Counted from the stretch's first letter, positions 19,606 to 29,481 are shown. The stretch: DNA of 64,000 nucleotides from Candidatus Harrisonbacteria bacterium (GCA_016192685.1 JACPTS010000001.1:394628-458627), one strand, 5' to 3'. Made by a program: numbers and translations. The notes: a model not told the origin generated them from the letters alone.

Positions 19606-21300
19606 CTAAATCAGCTGATAGCTAATTTCTTTTATTTCTTTCAGTTTTTTTAGTTTTAATATAAGTTTTTCTATTTTATCTTTATTAGTGATATCGCAGC
19701 GGATGCGGAGAATCGGGAATTTGGCGTTGGTAACGGTATTAACGGAAGTCATATTTACGTGGGAACGGGCAATAATAACGGAAATATCTTTTAAAAGCCC
19801 GACCCGGTCTTCAACAATGATTTTTAATTCCGTGGTCTTTGGCTCCCGTTTATCTAATTGGGTATTTTTTGTTTTTAGCGCGGCCCTGATATGGTTTTTG
19901 GCTCCGGATGTCTTAACAAATTCTAGCCAATCCTCCGACGGTTTTTTATTTTTTTGAGTTATGATTTCTATGATGTCTCCGGAGCGAAGCGGATGATCCA
20001 GGGGTTTGATTTTTCCGTTGATTCTGGCGCCGGTGCAGCTATTGCCGATTTCAGTGTGGATTTGATAGGCAAAATCTATCGGGGTGGCGCCGGCCGGCAA
20101 ATCAATTACCTCGCCCTTCGGGGTGATGGCAAAAATTCGGTCTTTGAAAAAATCAATTTTTAAGGATTCCATAAATTCTTCCGGATTGCTGAATTCTTTT
20201 TGCCAGTTGCGCAGCTGCTGGACCCAGTCCAGCTCTTTTTTATCGCTAAGCGCGGATTTTTTTTCATTATAAATTTTAGTGCCCTTGGTTTGTTCGTAAA
20301 GCCAGTGGGCGGCAATGCCGGTTTCCGCTTCATCATGCATTTCTTGGGTGCGGATTTGAATTTCCGTAATTTTGTTGTCAGCGCAGAAAACCGTAGTATG
20401 GATGCTTCGGTAGCCGTTTGGTTTTGGCAAGGCAATATAATCTTTAATCCGATTCGGAAGCGGCGGCCAAAGGTTATGAATTGCCCCAAGAGCGGCATAA
20501 CAATCAGCTATGGTTTTTACTACTATCCGGACGGCTACTAAGTCGTAAATTTTATCAATATCCATATCATAACGGAGCAGTTTTTTATAAAGGCTGGAAT
20601 AGCGTTTGGCCCGGGAGTCTACCGAAATTAATCCGACGCCTGATTTTTGGAGCGCTTCAATTACTAATGGTTTTACTTTTTCTATATATTTTTCCCGCTC
20701 TCCATATTTCTCTTTGGTGTGTTCAATCAGCCAGCAGTATTCTTTCGGATAAATATATGGAAAGGCCAGATCTTCCAATTCGCCGCTGATTTTTTGCATT
20801 CCCAGGCGATAGGCAAGCGGCGCGTAAATTTCCATTGTTTCCAGGGCAATTCGTTTTTGTTTCTGGGGCGGCACGGCATTTAATGTCCGCATATTATGGA
20901 GCCGATCCGCTAATTTTACGATGATTACCCGGATGTCCTGGCTTAAAGCCAGGATCATTTTCCGGAGATTTTCCACTTGCCGCTCTACGCCGCGATATTT
21001 GATTTTACCAAGCTTAGTAACGCCATCTACAATAAAAGCCACTTCCTCGCTAAACTCTGATTTGATTTTCTCCAGCGGATAATTGGTGTCTTCCACGACA
21101 TCGTGAAGAAGAGCGGCCGCAATGCTGGTTTGATCCAGTTCCCACTCGGCAATAAATTCCGCCGTTGCCAGCACGTGGTTGAAATAAGGTTCGTTGGTGT
21201 TTCTTTTTTGGCCCTCGTGCTGGCTTTTGGCAAGATTATAAGCACGCCGGATAAAATCGTTAGCTTGAATAAGCTTTTCAATTTTTGGCGCTTTCATCAT
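19606..21300 (-). CDS. rel: (p)ppGpp synthetase/hydrolase of the RelA/SpoT family (compact form: HD, synthetase, TGS, ACT)
   Basis: HD motif HDVVEDT, synthetase block RIVVKT...YRSIHTTV, and TGS and ACT-like C-terminus. Confidence 0.85.
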   Translation of the reverse strand: MMKAPKIEKLIQANDFIRRAYNLAKSQHEGQKRNTNEPYFNHVLATAEFIAEWELDQTSIAAALLHDVVEDTNYPLEKIKSEFSEEVAFIVDGVTKLGKIKYRGVERQVENLRKMILALSQDIRVIIVKLADRLHNMRTLNAVPPQKQKRIALETMEIYAPLAYRLGMQKISGELEDLAFPYIYPKEYCWLIEHTKEKYGEREKYIEKVKPLVIEALQKSGVGLISVDSRAKRYSSLYKKLLRYDMDIDKIYDLVAVRIVVKTIADCYAALGAIHNLWPPLPNRIKDYIALPKPNGYRSIHTTVFCADNKITEIQIRTQEMHDEAETGIAAHWLYEQTKGTKIYNEKKSALSDKKELDWVQQLRNWQKEFSNPEEFMESLKIDFFKDRIFAITPKGEVIDLPAGATPIDFAYQIHTEIGNSCTGARINGKIKPLDHPLRSGDIIEIITQKNKKPSEDWLEFVKTSGAKNHIRAALKTKNTQLDKREPKTTELKIIVEDRVGLLKDISVIIARSHVNMTSVNTVTNAKFPILRIRCDITNKDKIEKLILKLKKLKEIKEISYQLI

Positions 21301-21313
21301 TATTTTTTTATTA

Positions 21314-21581
21314 GGAGATCAGGATACGAACCAAATCGGATTTAGAATCTAAAAAATGAGATGATTTCAAGGCGCGAGGAGGAAATCGCAGCCATAGCTG
21401 CCTTTCCGACGAGCAACAAAGAAATCAGCCATTTTTTAGATTCCCTTCGGGCGGGCCAATTTTATCCATCTTCTTCGTTGCGATTTCGCTTATGTGCCTA
21501 CTGGCACACCGCGCTCATCGCGCCTTGAAGCTGAACAAAATTGGCTCCGCTAAACCGATTTAGGTTCGTATCCTGTTCTCC
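21314..21581 (+). ncRNA. rnpB: candidate reduced RNase P RNA
   Basis: A 19-bp terminal helix (GGAGATCAGGATACGAACC / GGTTCGTATCCTGTTCTCC, one mismatch) encloses GAGGAGGAAAUCGCAGCCAUAGCUGCC, which resembles the P4/CR-I region GAGGAAAGUCCGGGCUCCAUAGGGCAG. CGACGAGCAACAAAGAAAUC resembles ACGACCAGUGCAACAGAGAGCAAAC. ACAAAAUUGGCUCCGCUAA resembles CR-IV ACAGAACCCGGCUUA. Confidence 0.45.
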
Positions 21582-23616
21582 TAGGTTTTTCTTCTAAATT
21601 TTCTTTTGGCTGGTCTTTTTCCGGCTCAGGATTTAGCGGATTGGCCCAAGAGGCGTAATCGCATTTCGGGTATCGGTTGCAGCCCCAAAAAATTTTACCG
21701 CGCACCTTGCCGCGAGAAACTCTTTTTTCAATGATATCTCCGGGGTTGTCCAGCGTAGCGGGATCTGGCGAAGCCAGACATTTCGGGCATTGCATGCCTA
21801 TTTTTTTCGGCTCTTCTTTTAAGCTTTTGGTATTTCGGCATTCCGGAAATCCCGAACAAGCCAGGAATTTTCCGAATCGGCTGAATTTTACCACCATTGG
21901 TTTTCCGCATTTATCGCAATTTATCCCGGTTGCCTCTTTTCCGATTAATTCGGTTTTAGTCACTTCTTTATATTTTTTCTCCAAATTTTTAGAGAAAGGA
22001 GTATAAAATGCGCCGATTAAATCCCGCCAATTTTCATTTCCTTCCGCTACCTCATCCAGGCTGGATTCCATTTTGGCGGTAAAATCTATATCCACGATTT
22101 CCGGGAAATTTTCCGTCAGTACTTTATTAACTAAAGTTCCCATTTCCGTGGGTAAAAATTTTCCCTGCTGTTTTTCCACGTAGTTCCGCGTTTGAATTAC
22201 CGAAATCGTCGGCGCGTAAGTGGATGGCCGGCCAATGCCGTATTCTTCAAGCGTTTTAATCAGGCTGGCTTCGGTATAGCGGGGCGGCGGTTCGGTAAAA
22301 TGCTGAGCCGGAACTAACTCTTTAACGGTTAATTTTTCCGCAGCCGTTAATTCGGGCAGTTGGTTCTCTTCAAATTTTTGCTTCCAGATTTTCAGAAAAC
22401 CGTCAAATTTTAAAACATTGCCGTTGGCCCGGAAAGTATATTGGCCGGATTCAATATCGGCTTGAGTGGCATAAAATTCCGCCTGAGGCATTTGAGAAGC
22501 CAAAAAGCGCGACCAGATTAGCTCATAAAGTTTTAATTCACTTTGGTCGTCAATATTTTTCGCGGTTGGTTTCTCGGACGGATCCGTCGGCCGGATAGCT
22601 TCATGCGCTTCTTGGGCTAAGCGGGATTTAGTGGTAAAAGTTCGCGGCGCTTGGCTGGCGTATTGGACGCCCAATTCTTTTTCCAGCCAAATTTTAGCGG
22701 CGGCCAGCGATTCTTTGGAGAGGTTCACGGAATCAGTCCGCATATAGGTGATTAATCCTTTTTCGTAGAGGCGCTGGGCCATCAGCATGGTTTTTTTCGC
22801 GGAATAGCCGAGTTTTTTCGCGGCAGTTTGCTGAAGGGTGCTGGTGGTAAAAGGCGGCAAGGGGTTTTTCTTAACCTCCTTTTTATCAATTTTAGAAACC
22901 GTAAATTCGGAATTTTTTATTTGCGATAAAATTTCGTTTATCGCCCCTTGGCTTTTTAATTCCAGTTTTTCAATAGTTTTTCCATTAATTTTAATGAGCG
23001 AGGCTTCCAAGGCTTCCCCGGTTTCTTTTTGCAAAGTTGCTTTCAGGGTCCAATATTCTTCCGGTTTAAATTTTTTAATTTCCTCTTCGCGTTCAACGAT
23101 TAATCTTACCGTCACCGATTGCACTCGGCCGGCCGAAAGGCCGCTGGCCACTTTTTTCCATAAAAATGGCGATAGTTTATAGCCGACCAGCCGATCTAAA
23201 ATCCGCCGTCCCTGCTGGGCGTTAACAAGGCTTTCGTTAATTTGGCGGGGGTTTTTAAGCGCGGTTTCAATGGCATTTTTGGTAATTTCATGGAAAACAA
23301 TCCGTTCGGTTTTTTCCGGCGGCAAAGCCAGAGCTTTGGTTAAATGCCAGGCAATGGCTTCTCCTTCCCGGTCTTCGTCAGTAGCTAAGACAACCCTTTC
23401 TGATTTTTGAGCGGTTTTTTTAAGGCCGTTTACCAGTTTTTTGGCTTTAGTGGGAATAACATATTGCGGCTCAAAATTTTTTTCAACTTCAATTCCGAGT
23501 TTGCTTTTGGGCAAATCTCTGATATGGCCGTAAGATGACTCAACTTTATAGCCATTTTTAATAAATTGAGAAATGGTTTTAGCTTTGGTCGGAGATTCTA
23601 CGATAACAAGTTTCAT
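21550..23616 (-). CDS. topA: DNA topoisomerase I
   Basis: Toprim N-terminus (KLVIVESPTKAKTI), topo IA core and C-terminal Cys4 zinc-ribbon repeats. Confidence 0.95.
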   Translation of the reverse strand: MKLVIVESPTKAKTISQFIKNGYKVESSYGHIRDLPKSKLGIEVEKNFEPQYVIPTKAKKLVNGLKKTAQKSERVVLATDEDREGEAIAWHLTKALALPPEKTERIVFHEITKNAIETALKNPRQINESLVNAQQGRRILDRLVGYKLSPFLWKKVASGLSAGRVQSVTVRLIVEREEEIKKFKPEEYWTLKATLQKETGEALEASLIKINGKTIEKLELKSQGAINEILSQIKNSEFTVSKIDKKEVKKNPLPPFTTSTLQQTAAKKLGYSAKKTMLMAQRLYEKGLITYMRTDSVNLSKESLAAAKIWLEKELGVQYASQAPRTFTTKSRLAQEAHEAIRPTDPSEKPTAKNIDDQSELKLYELIWSRFLASQMPQAEFYATQADIESGQYTFRANGNVLKFDGFLKIWKQKFEENQLPELTAAEKLTVKELVPAQHFTEPPPRYTEASLIKTLEEYGIGRPSTYAPTISVIQTRNYVEKQQGKFLPTEMGTLVNKVLTENFPEIVDIDFTAKMESSLDEVAEGNENWRDLIGAFYTPFSKNLEKKYKEVTKTELIGKEATGINCDKCGKPMVVKFSRFGKFLACSGFPECRNTKSLKEEPKKIGMQCPKCLASPDPATLDNPGDIIEKRVSRGKVRGKIFWGCNRYPKCDYASWANPLNPEPEKDQPKENLEEKPRRTGYEPKSV

Positions 23617-24629
23617 TTTATAAAGTATTTGCCGTTAGATTCTTTAATTATACCCTTAATAACTAGCATCGCTAAATTTTTGTTTAGCGCGGAAAGGCTA
23701 AGGGCAGTATCCCCTTGTAATTGTTCAATAGATAAGTTTTCTTTTTTCAGGGCGTGGAGAATATTTTCCTCCAAGGAATTTTCGCTGGCGGCAGGTTTAT
23801 CCCCTTCGGTTTTCGCGGAAATTCCGAAATAATTAAGAAGGTCTTCCGGTTCGGTTACCGGGGTGGCGCCGGCCTTGATTAAGGCATTGGAGCCTTTGTA
23901 ATTTTGAGCTTTAACATTGCCCGGAACAACAAAGACTTCCCGGTTTTGCTCTAAAGCGAATTTGGCGGTGGCTAACGCCCCGGATTTTTCCGGCGCTTCA
24001 ATAATCAGCACGCCGTCAGCTAAGCCGCTAATCAGGCGATTTCTGATTAGGAAATTTTGCGGATGGTATTCTTGGTTTAGGGGATATTCGGAAATGATGG
24101 CGCCGCCGGATTCCAGGATATTTTTCGCCAACCCTTCATTTTGTTTTGGATAAAGATTATCTAAAGCAGTTCCTAAAACCGCGATGGTTTTGCCATTGGC
24201 ATCCAGCGCGCCGCGGTGCCCCGATTCATCAATGCCCAGCGCTAATCCGCTGATAATGGTTAATCCCGTCCGAGCCAGGCCTTGGGCAAAGGAACGCGCC
24301 AGTTCTTTGCCGAGCGGAGTGGCGTTTCTGGTTCCCACAATGGCCAAAGCCGGCTGCCGGTAGCTGATGTCGCCTAGGACGTAAATTCCAAAAGGCGGCC
24401 AAGCTATTTCTTTCAGGAGAGGCGGGAAAGTTTTATCTTCTTTAAGAATTAATCGGATATTCAAATTTTCCAGCCGCTGCCATTCCTGGTCAGCATCTTT
24501 TAATTTATTTTTTTCATGCTGGCAGGCGGATTCCCAAGTTAAAAATTTCTCTTTTGCCTTTTTTAGCTTGGGGTAATCGCTTTGGTATAAAAGATTCAGG
24601 GCATTATAGTATTTAGTTTCTTTATCCAT
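23613..24629 (-). CDS. dprA: DNA processing protein DprA (Smf)
   Basis: Rossmann-like DprA core (GLALGIDESGHRGALD...AVLGTALDNLYP). Start moved to an internal Met (MDKETKYY...). The longer ORF-track N-terminus would overlap the divergent promoter region. Confidence 0.8.
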   Translation of the reverse strand: MDKETKYYNALNLLYQSDYPKLKKAKEKFLTWESACQHEKNKLKDADQEWQRLENLNIRLILKEDKTFPPLLKEIAWPPFGIYVLGDISYRQPALAIVGTRNATPLGKELARSFAQGLARTGLTIISGLALGIDESGHRGALDANGKTIAVLGTALDNLYPKQNEGLAKNILESGGAIISEYPLNQEYHPQNFLIRNRLISGLADGVLIIEAPEKSGALATAKFALEQNREVFVVPGNVKAQNYKGSNALIKAGATPVTEPEDLLNYFGISAKTEGDKPAASENSLEENILHALKKENLSIEQLQGDTALSLSALNKNLAMLVIKGIIKESNGKYFIK

Positions 24630-24651
24630 ATTGGTATAATATAGTAGAAGT

Positions 24652-25167
24652 ATGGAATTTAGACAATGGCTTTTAAAAAATGGAGGCATCGCTTTAGCGG
24701 TTATTTTATTTTTGGCTATTCTCCTTTTGCTGTTGGGCCGGGATATTTCCAGCCGAACGGCCATGATTGGAAAACAGCGGCAGGATTTATTGCTCCGTTC
24801 CCAGGCGATAAATTCTCTGGCCCTTCTTCGTTCGGAGGGAGAAAAATCAGAAAACATTTTTAAGGCGGTGAAGGATTTTTTGCCGACCAGCGACCAATTG
24901 ATTAGTTTTCCTAATACATTGGAAAATTTGGCCAAAAACAACCAACTGGGATTTGGCTTCGCCTTTAATGCCGAGGTGCCGGCCAGCGAATCCGAGCCGG
25001 GAGTTAATACTTTTACTTTAACTTCCAGCGGCGCTTACAATAATTTTCTTAATTTTTTGAAAGCGGTGGAAAAAGGGAAATATTATGCCGGCTTTGATTT
25101 TATTGAGCTGAACAAAAAAGACAAGGATTTTCAAATTTTAATGAAAGGCAAGGTTTTTTCTCAATAA
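24652..25167 (+). CDS. hypothetical single-pass membrane protein
   Basis: 171-aa ORF with an N-terminal TM segment and no recognisable domain. Confidence 0.45.
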   Translation: MEFRQWLLKNGGIALAVILFLAILLLLLGRDISSRTAMIGKQRQDLLLRSQAINSLALLRSEGEKSENIFKAVKDFLPTSDQLISFPNTLENLAKNNQLGFGFAFNAEVPASESEPGVNTFTLTSSGAYNNFLNFLKAVEKGKYYAGFDFIELNKKDKDFQILMKGKVFSQ

Positions 25168-25169
25168 TT

Positions 25170-25361
25170 ATGCTTAAAAATAAAAGAGAATTGACTTTTT
25201 GGGCGCTTGGGGTTTTAATGTTATTCATAGTTGTTGGTTATTCGGGAATGGCGATTTGGTTTTTGGTCAGAAATTTAAACGCCGCTTTTAATAAGGGCAT
25301 AGAAACAGCGCCGGCTATTCTTCGGTTCCAGCTGGAGAAAGCGGAAACTTTGAAGAAATGA
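25170..25361 (+). CDS. small hypothetical membrane protein
   Basis: 63-aa ORF with one TM helix. Possibly translationally coupled to the previous ORF. Confidence 0.35.
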   Translation: MLKNKRELTFWALGVLMLFIVVGYSGMAIWFLVRNLNAAFNKGIETAPAILRFQLEKAETLKK

Positions 25362-25367
25362 AAATCG

Positions 25368-25440
25368 GGTGTGTAGTTCAGTGGTAGACCTGCCTGCCGG
25401 CAGGCAGGACGCTGGTCCTGACCTCCTCGCACAAAACAAT
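25368..25440 (+). pseudogene. tRNA fragment / pseudo-tRNA (5' half identical to the downstream tRNA)
   Basis: GGGTGTGTAGTTCAGTGGTAGA is identical to the 5' 22 nt of the next tRNA. It is followed by the perfect palindrome CCTGCCTGCCGGCAGGCAGG. There is no T-arm and no 3' acceptor strand. Confidence 0.55.
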
Positions 25441-25443
25441 TAT

Positions 25444-25516
25444 GGGTGTGTAGTTCAGTGGTAGAACGTTGTCCTGATAAGACAAAGGCCGAAGGTTCGA
25501 TTCCTTCCACACCCAC
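25444..25516 (+). tRNA. tRNA-Ile (anticodon GAT)
   Basis: Cloverleaf with anticodon arm TTGTC-CTGATAA-GACAA and T-arm GAAGGTTCGATTCCTTC. Acceptor GGGTGTG/CACACCC. Confidence 0.7.
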
Positions 25517-25536
25517 AAATGGCCCCCGGGGGTCAA

Positions 25537-25608
25537 GCGCGTTTAGCTCAGTGGTAGAGCGTTTCATTGACATTGAAAAGGCCGCTGGTCCGATTCCAGC
25601 AACGCGCA
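25537..25608 (+). tRNA. tRNA-Val (anticodon GAC)
   Basis: Acceptor GCGCGTT/AACGCGC, anticodon arm TTTCA-TTGACAT-TGAAA, T-arm GCTGGTCCGATTCCAGC. Confidence 0.75.
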
Positions 25609-25654
25609 CCGATTATTTGATTTTTGCCATTTTTTCATTTAATATATAAAATCA

Positions 25655-26212
25655 ATGGAACAAACCCTAAAAGACGAAGAAATTTTAAAGCTTTCGCTGG
25701 AAGACCCGTCTTATTTTAGTATTTTAGTTGATAAATATCAGATTCCTTTTTTGCGGAAAACCATGGGAATTTTGCGCAATCGCGAGGAAGCGGAAGATAT
25801 TGTCCAGGAAACCTTTGCCAAAATTTACCGTTACGGCCATCGGTTTAAAAAGGAAGACGGCATAGAATTCAAAAGCTGGGCTTACAAAATTTTGATGAAT
25901 ACTTCTTTTACCCATTATCAAAAAATCAAGAAAGGCAGCGCCAATGTTGAATATTTAGACCCGTTATTGTATGAGGATACGCCGGAAGAAAATCAGGATT
26001 TTGCCACTATCCAGGACGCCAAAGCGGCGGTAGCGGCCGTCATTGATAAAATGCCGGAACATTTGGCCCGGGTGTTAAAGTTATATTATTTGGAAGACAA
26101 GTCTTACGCGGATATTTGCAAAACGGAAAAAATTTCCATTCCCACTCTTAAAATGCGGCTTTTCCGGTCCAAGCGGCTTTTTGAGAAGCTAAGCGCCGAT
26201 TTAGATTTATAA
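25655..26212 (+). CDS. RNA polymerase sigma factor, sigma-70/ECF family
   Basis: Region 2 (IVQETFAKIYRY...FKSWAYKILMN) and region 4 HTH (LKLYYLEDKSYADICKTEKISIPTLKMRL). Confidence 0.8.
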   Translation: MEQTLKDEEILKLSLEDPSYFSILVDKYQIPFLRKTMGILRNREEAEDIVQETFAKIYRYGHRFKKEDGIEFKSWAYKILMNTSFTHYQKIKKGSANVEYLDPLLYEDTPEENQDFATIQDAKAAVAAVIDKMPEHLARVLKLYYLEDKSYADICKTEKISIPTLKMRLFRSKRLFEKLSADLDL

Positions 26213-26217
26213 ATATT

Positions 26218-26577
26218 ATGGATAATCAAAAACCTGTTACAGTAAAAGAAATGCTAAAGAATCGGATTTTATGGCGGATTTATGTTTTGTGGTTTTTGCG
26301 CCGGATTATGCCGCTGGTCATTTTCCAAGTCGCCGCTTTTATTTTGCTGTTCAGGATTTTCGCCAAAAATGTTTTCGTCAGCAAAGTTTTCCGGAACGCG
26401 ACTTATGCCGCTGATTTCGGTTACTGGTCATTATTAAAATACAGCTTGGCCGCTTTTCTTAATACTCATTTAATTACCCAGGTTTCCATTCTTTTAATTT
26501 TAGGCGTGGTGGCGCTTCTCTTGCGTGACCTGATGAGGGTTCTTATTACCTATAAGGCAATGTGGTTAAAGCGATAA
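26218..26577 (+). CDS. membrane protein, putative anti-sigma factor (by context)
   Basis: 119-aa multi-TM ORF immediately downstream of the sigma factor gene. Confidence 0.4.
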   Translation: MDNQKPVTVKEMLKNRILWRIYVLWFLRRIMPLVIFQVAAFILLFRIFAKNVFVSKVFRNATYAADFGYWSLLKYSLAAFLNTHLITQVSILLILGVVALLLRDLMRVLITYKAMWLKR

Positions 26578-26593
26578 TTATTTATAGAACCTA

Positions 26594-26616
26594 AAAAGCC
26601 CCTTGCGGGGCTTTTT
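26594..26616 (+). terminator. rho-independent terminator
   Basis: AAAAGCCCCttgcGGGGCTTTTT. Confidence 0.7.
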
Positions 26617-26741
26617 AAGATAAAGGATTATGAATAAAAGCGATCATAGCAACTTTAGAAAGTTTATGAGGGTTAATCGCGGTCGAAACGATTAACAAGA
26701 CATTCCAAATTTGCTAGATCTACTATATAAAACCAGGGGGT

Positions 26742-27464
26742 ATGGGGTTTGGTCACATGGATACAAAAGTAATTTATCAAGATAAAAATCTGCTGGTTTT
26801 GAATAAACCGGCCGGTCTTTTGACGCACGGAACAAAAGAGAAGCGGGAAGAGGCCAGTTTGGCGGATTGGCTTTTAAATAATTATCCGGAAGTGCGAACA
26901 GTAGGCGATGACCCGGTCAGCCGGCCGGGGATTGTTCATCGTTTGGACAAAGACACCTCCGGCGTTTTAATCGCGGCTCGCAATCAAGAAACTTTTGATT
27001 ACCTAAAAGCTTTATTTCAAAAACATCTGGTCCAAAAAACTTATCTGGCTTTGGTTTATGGGAAAATAAAAGAAAAAAGCGGCATTATAGATAAACCGAT
27101 TGGCATTAAATCCGGCAGCACCAAACGGAGCACCCATAGCGAGAAAATGAAAAAAGCGGCGATTACCGAGTATAAAGTTATAAAATATGTAACCCTTCGA
27201 CAAGCTCAGGGCAAAAGCGTTGAAACAACGCTTTTGGAAGTTACTCCGAAAACCGGCCGAACCCATCAAATTAGAGTTCATTTAGCCGCTATCGGCTATC
27301 CGGTGGTTGGCGATAAACTTTATGGCGGCAAGAGGCCGCCAGCCGGTTTAACAAGGCAATTTCTCCATGCCCAATCTTTGGAATTTACTTTGCCTACCGG
27401 CGAGCGGATGAAATTTGAGGCTGATTTGCCGGAAGAGCTTAAATTGCTGTTAAAGTCAGACTAA
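26742..27464 (+). CDS. RluA-family 23S rRNA pseudouridine synthase
   Basis: Catalytic motif GIVHRLDKDTSGVLIAA and TGRTHQIRVHL. Confidence 0.85.
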   Translation: MGFGHMDTKVIYQDKNLLVLNKPAGLLTHGTKEKREEASLADWLLNNYPEVRTVGDDPVSRPGIVHRLDKDTSGVLIAARNQETFDYLKALFQKHLVQKTYLALVYGKIKEKSGIIDKPIGIKSGSTKRSTHSEKMKKAAITEYKVIKYVTLRQAQGKSVETTLLEVTPKTGRTHQIRVHLAAIGYPVVGDKLYGGKRPPAGLTRQFLHAQSLEFTLPTGERMKFEADLPEELKLLLKSD

Positions 27465-29481
27465 TAATTTCCCTGGCTTTTATTTTTTGGGTGCCGTATT
27501 CAAAAGTTTCTTTACCGGATTCTTTCCAAATATAGCCGGGCGGGGCAGTGATGGAATATTCCAGGGAGCCGTCTACGCCGGACTGTTTTTCAAAAATAAA
27601 TTGGTAGTGAAGCCCGTCTTGAACATTCAATCGCACCCCGCTTTCATATTCCACGGTTAAATTTTTGTTTTGGCCGGCCGGCACGGTCAGCCAAGCGGCA
27701 AAAAAAGTTTTTCCGAATTCCGCTCCCACCCAGGCCTGAAATTGGCCAATTAAGCTCGCTGTTTTTTCAATATTAGCTAAGTCGGGGTCTTGTTCGTAGG
27801 ATTCCGGATAGCTGGATTTTTGAATAGCCGGCAAATCATTATTTCCCCGCAGGTTTTTTAGCCGGCTATTGAGGGGCGTTAAAATTTTTAAATAATTTTT
27901 ATTCGGAATCCGGTACCACCAGTCTTTTTCTTTTTGGCCGGAGTGGGTTCTTGTAATCGTTAAATTATTGGCTATTTTCCCGTCTTTTGTAATTTCAGTC
28001 TGAAGTTTTATGTGTTGGGTAATAAAGGCATCGCTTTTTCCTCCGGCGATATTGGCATTGATTACCGCCAAGTAATCCCCGGAAAAATTTTCCGGAAGAT
28101 TAATAATTTCCCCGCCAACTCCGGCAATTTCCAGGAAATTTTGGAGCTGCCAATCCCGGAAATAAACCATAATATCTTTTTTCAAAAGATGATTCCGGAA
28201 AGCGGCGATTAATTGCTCTTGTTCTTTATCAGACAGCAGATTTAATTTTTCCAGCAGGAGCGGCGCCAGCGCGGAAAGAATTTTTTTTGGATTTTGGCCC
28301 GGTTTTTTATCCCGGCCTGCTTCCACTTCCCGCTGGATTTCTTCCAGGAAATTTTTGCCGTCCAAAGTTAATTCATAATTAGGCAGTTTTATCGGTCCTA
28401 GGATTTCAATCAGCGTTTTTAAAACGCCGGTATTGACGGCGATTGCCCCCTGAAAATGGATTCCGGTTTGGCGGTGGAGGTCGGATTGCTCCAGCAGGCT
28501 GATGACTTTTTTTGCCGAAGTCGGAAAATCAAAAAACCAATTGGCGTCCCGTGCCCCCCAATTTTTGGTGATTCCCCGCAGTTCCTTGGGGGGGATGAGT
28601 TTTAGATTTAATTGGCGGTCCGCGTTATAAATATCGTCAATCCGGATATTTTTGAGATTGCCCCGGTTGATGGTTAAATCTCCATAACTGCCGATGAAGC
28701 CGCCGGCCGGCCGAATCTCCGAAGGATTTTGGAAAATTAGGAGAAAGTGCTGGTCCTGCGGCTGCTGTAAAATTGCGAGGAAAGCATCTACTGAATTTTT
28801 CGCCCGATATAAATTTGAATTAATGGTTAAATAATTTTTATCCAGGAGATTGGAAAAATAAGCCAATCGCGAGGAAATATTTTTTAATTGGAAACTTTGG
28901 CTCTTGAGCCGGCTATTCAGGTTTTCAATATTTTCCAGATTGCGGGATAGCCGCCCCAAAGCGCTGATTACCTCTTCTCCTTTTTGCCGGTGCATTAATT
29001 GGAATCCGTTTCTTTTTAAAAAATCCAAATCCTTAGCAATCAAAAATCCTTTTTCGTTAAGCAGGGCAAGATTATCCAGGGCGGCGGGAACTTGAGCGAA
29101 GGGAGGAGAAAATCTGCCAAGAAGAGAGGTTAGTTTTATTAAGCCGATGATTTTTGCCTGGTCGTTAATTCGGCTGATTTTTTGATAAGTGTTTTCCAAT
29201 GATCGGGCGATTTGGTCAGGCTTTAATTCTAAAGCCGCGTTTTTAATCTGGACAGCTTCTTTTTTAATGGTAGCCGCGGCCGCCGTAATTTCATTTTTAA
29301 AATTAAAAAGAGCAACGAGATAGAGGCTGGCCAGAAACAGCAAAACTGCCAAAATCGGCGCTCGATAGGATATCCCACCCCCCCCTTTTTTTATAGCGAT
29401 AGCCGGCTGGATAGCCGAGGTTTCCGGTTTTGCCAGCGGCGGCTGGACATCCCTAACCAGTTTATTTTTTTCATCAGCCAT
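27439..29481 (-). CDS. large hypothetical membrane-anchored protein
   Basis: About 680 aa with an N-terminal TM helix after the start MADEKNKL.... The ORF track's additional 54 N-terminal codons were judged an over-extension. Confidence 0.5.
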   Translation of the reverse strand: MADEKNKLVRDVQPPLAKPETSAIQPAIAIKKGGGGISYRAPILAVLLFLASLYLVALFNFKNEITAAAATIKKEAVQIKNAALELKPDQIARSLENTYQKISRINDQAKIIGLIKLTSLLGRFSPPFAQVPAALDNLALLNEKGFLIAKDLDFLKRNGFQLMHRQKGEEVISALGRLSRNLENIENLNSRLKSQSFQLKNISSRLAYFSNLLDKNYLTINSNLYRAKNSVDAFLAILQQPQDQHFLLIFQNPSEIRPAGGFIGSYGDLTINRGNLKNIRIDDIYNADRQLNLKLIPPKELRGITKNWGARDANWFFDFPTSAKKVISLLEQSDLHRQTGIHFQGAIAVNTGVLKTLIEILGPIKLPNYELTLDGKNFLEEIQREVEAGRDKKPGQNPKKILSALAPLLLEKLNLLSDKEQEQLIAAFRNHLLKKDIMVYFRDWQLQNFLEIAGVGGEIINLPENFSGDYLAVINANIAGGKSDAFITQHIKLQTEITKDGKIANNLTITRTHSGQKEKDWWYRIPNKNYLKILTPLNSRLKNLRGNNDLPAIQKSSYPESYEQDPDLANIEKTASLIGQFQAWVGAEFGKTFFAAWLTVPAGQNKNLTVEYESGVRLNVQDGLHYQFIFEKQSGVDGSLEYSITAPPGYIWKESGKETFEYGTQKIKAREIISLTLTAI

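Noticed and set aside
23613-24941. 442-aa version of DprA from the ORF track
   Set aside because: The first about 104 codons precede a well-placed internal Met matching DprA family length and would run through the divergent promoter region. The shorter gene was kept.
25238-25609. 123-aa minus-strand ORF spanning the tRNA cluster
   Set aside because: It is the antisense translation of three tRNA genes (the GIEP/GFEP signature comes from reading T-arms backwards). It is not a protein gene.
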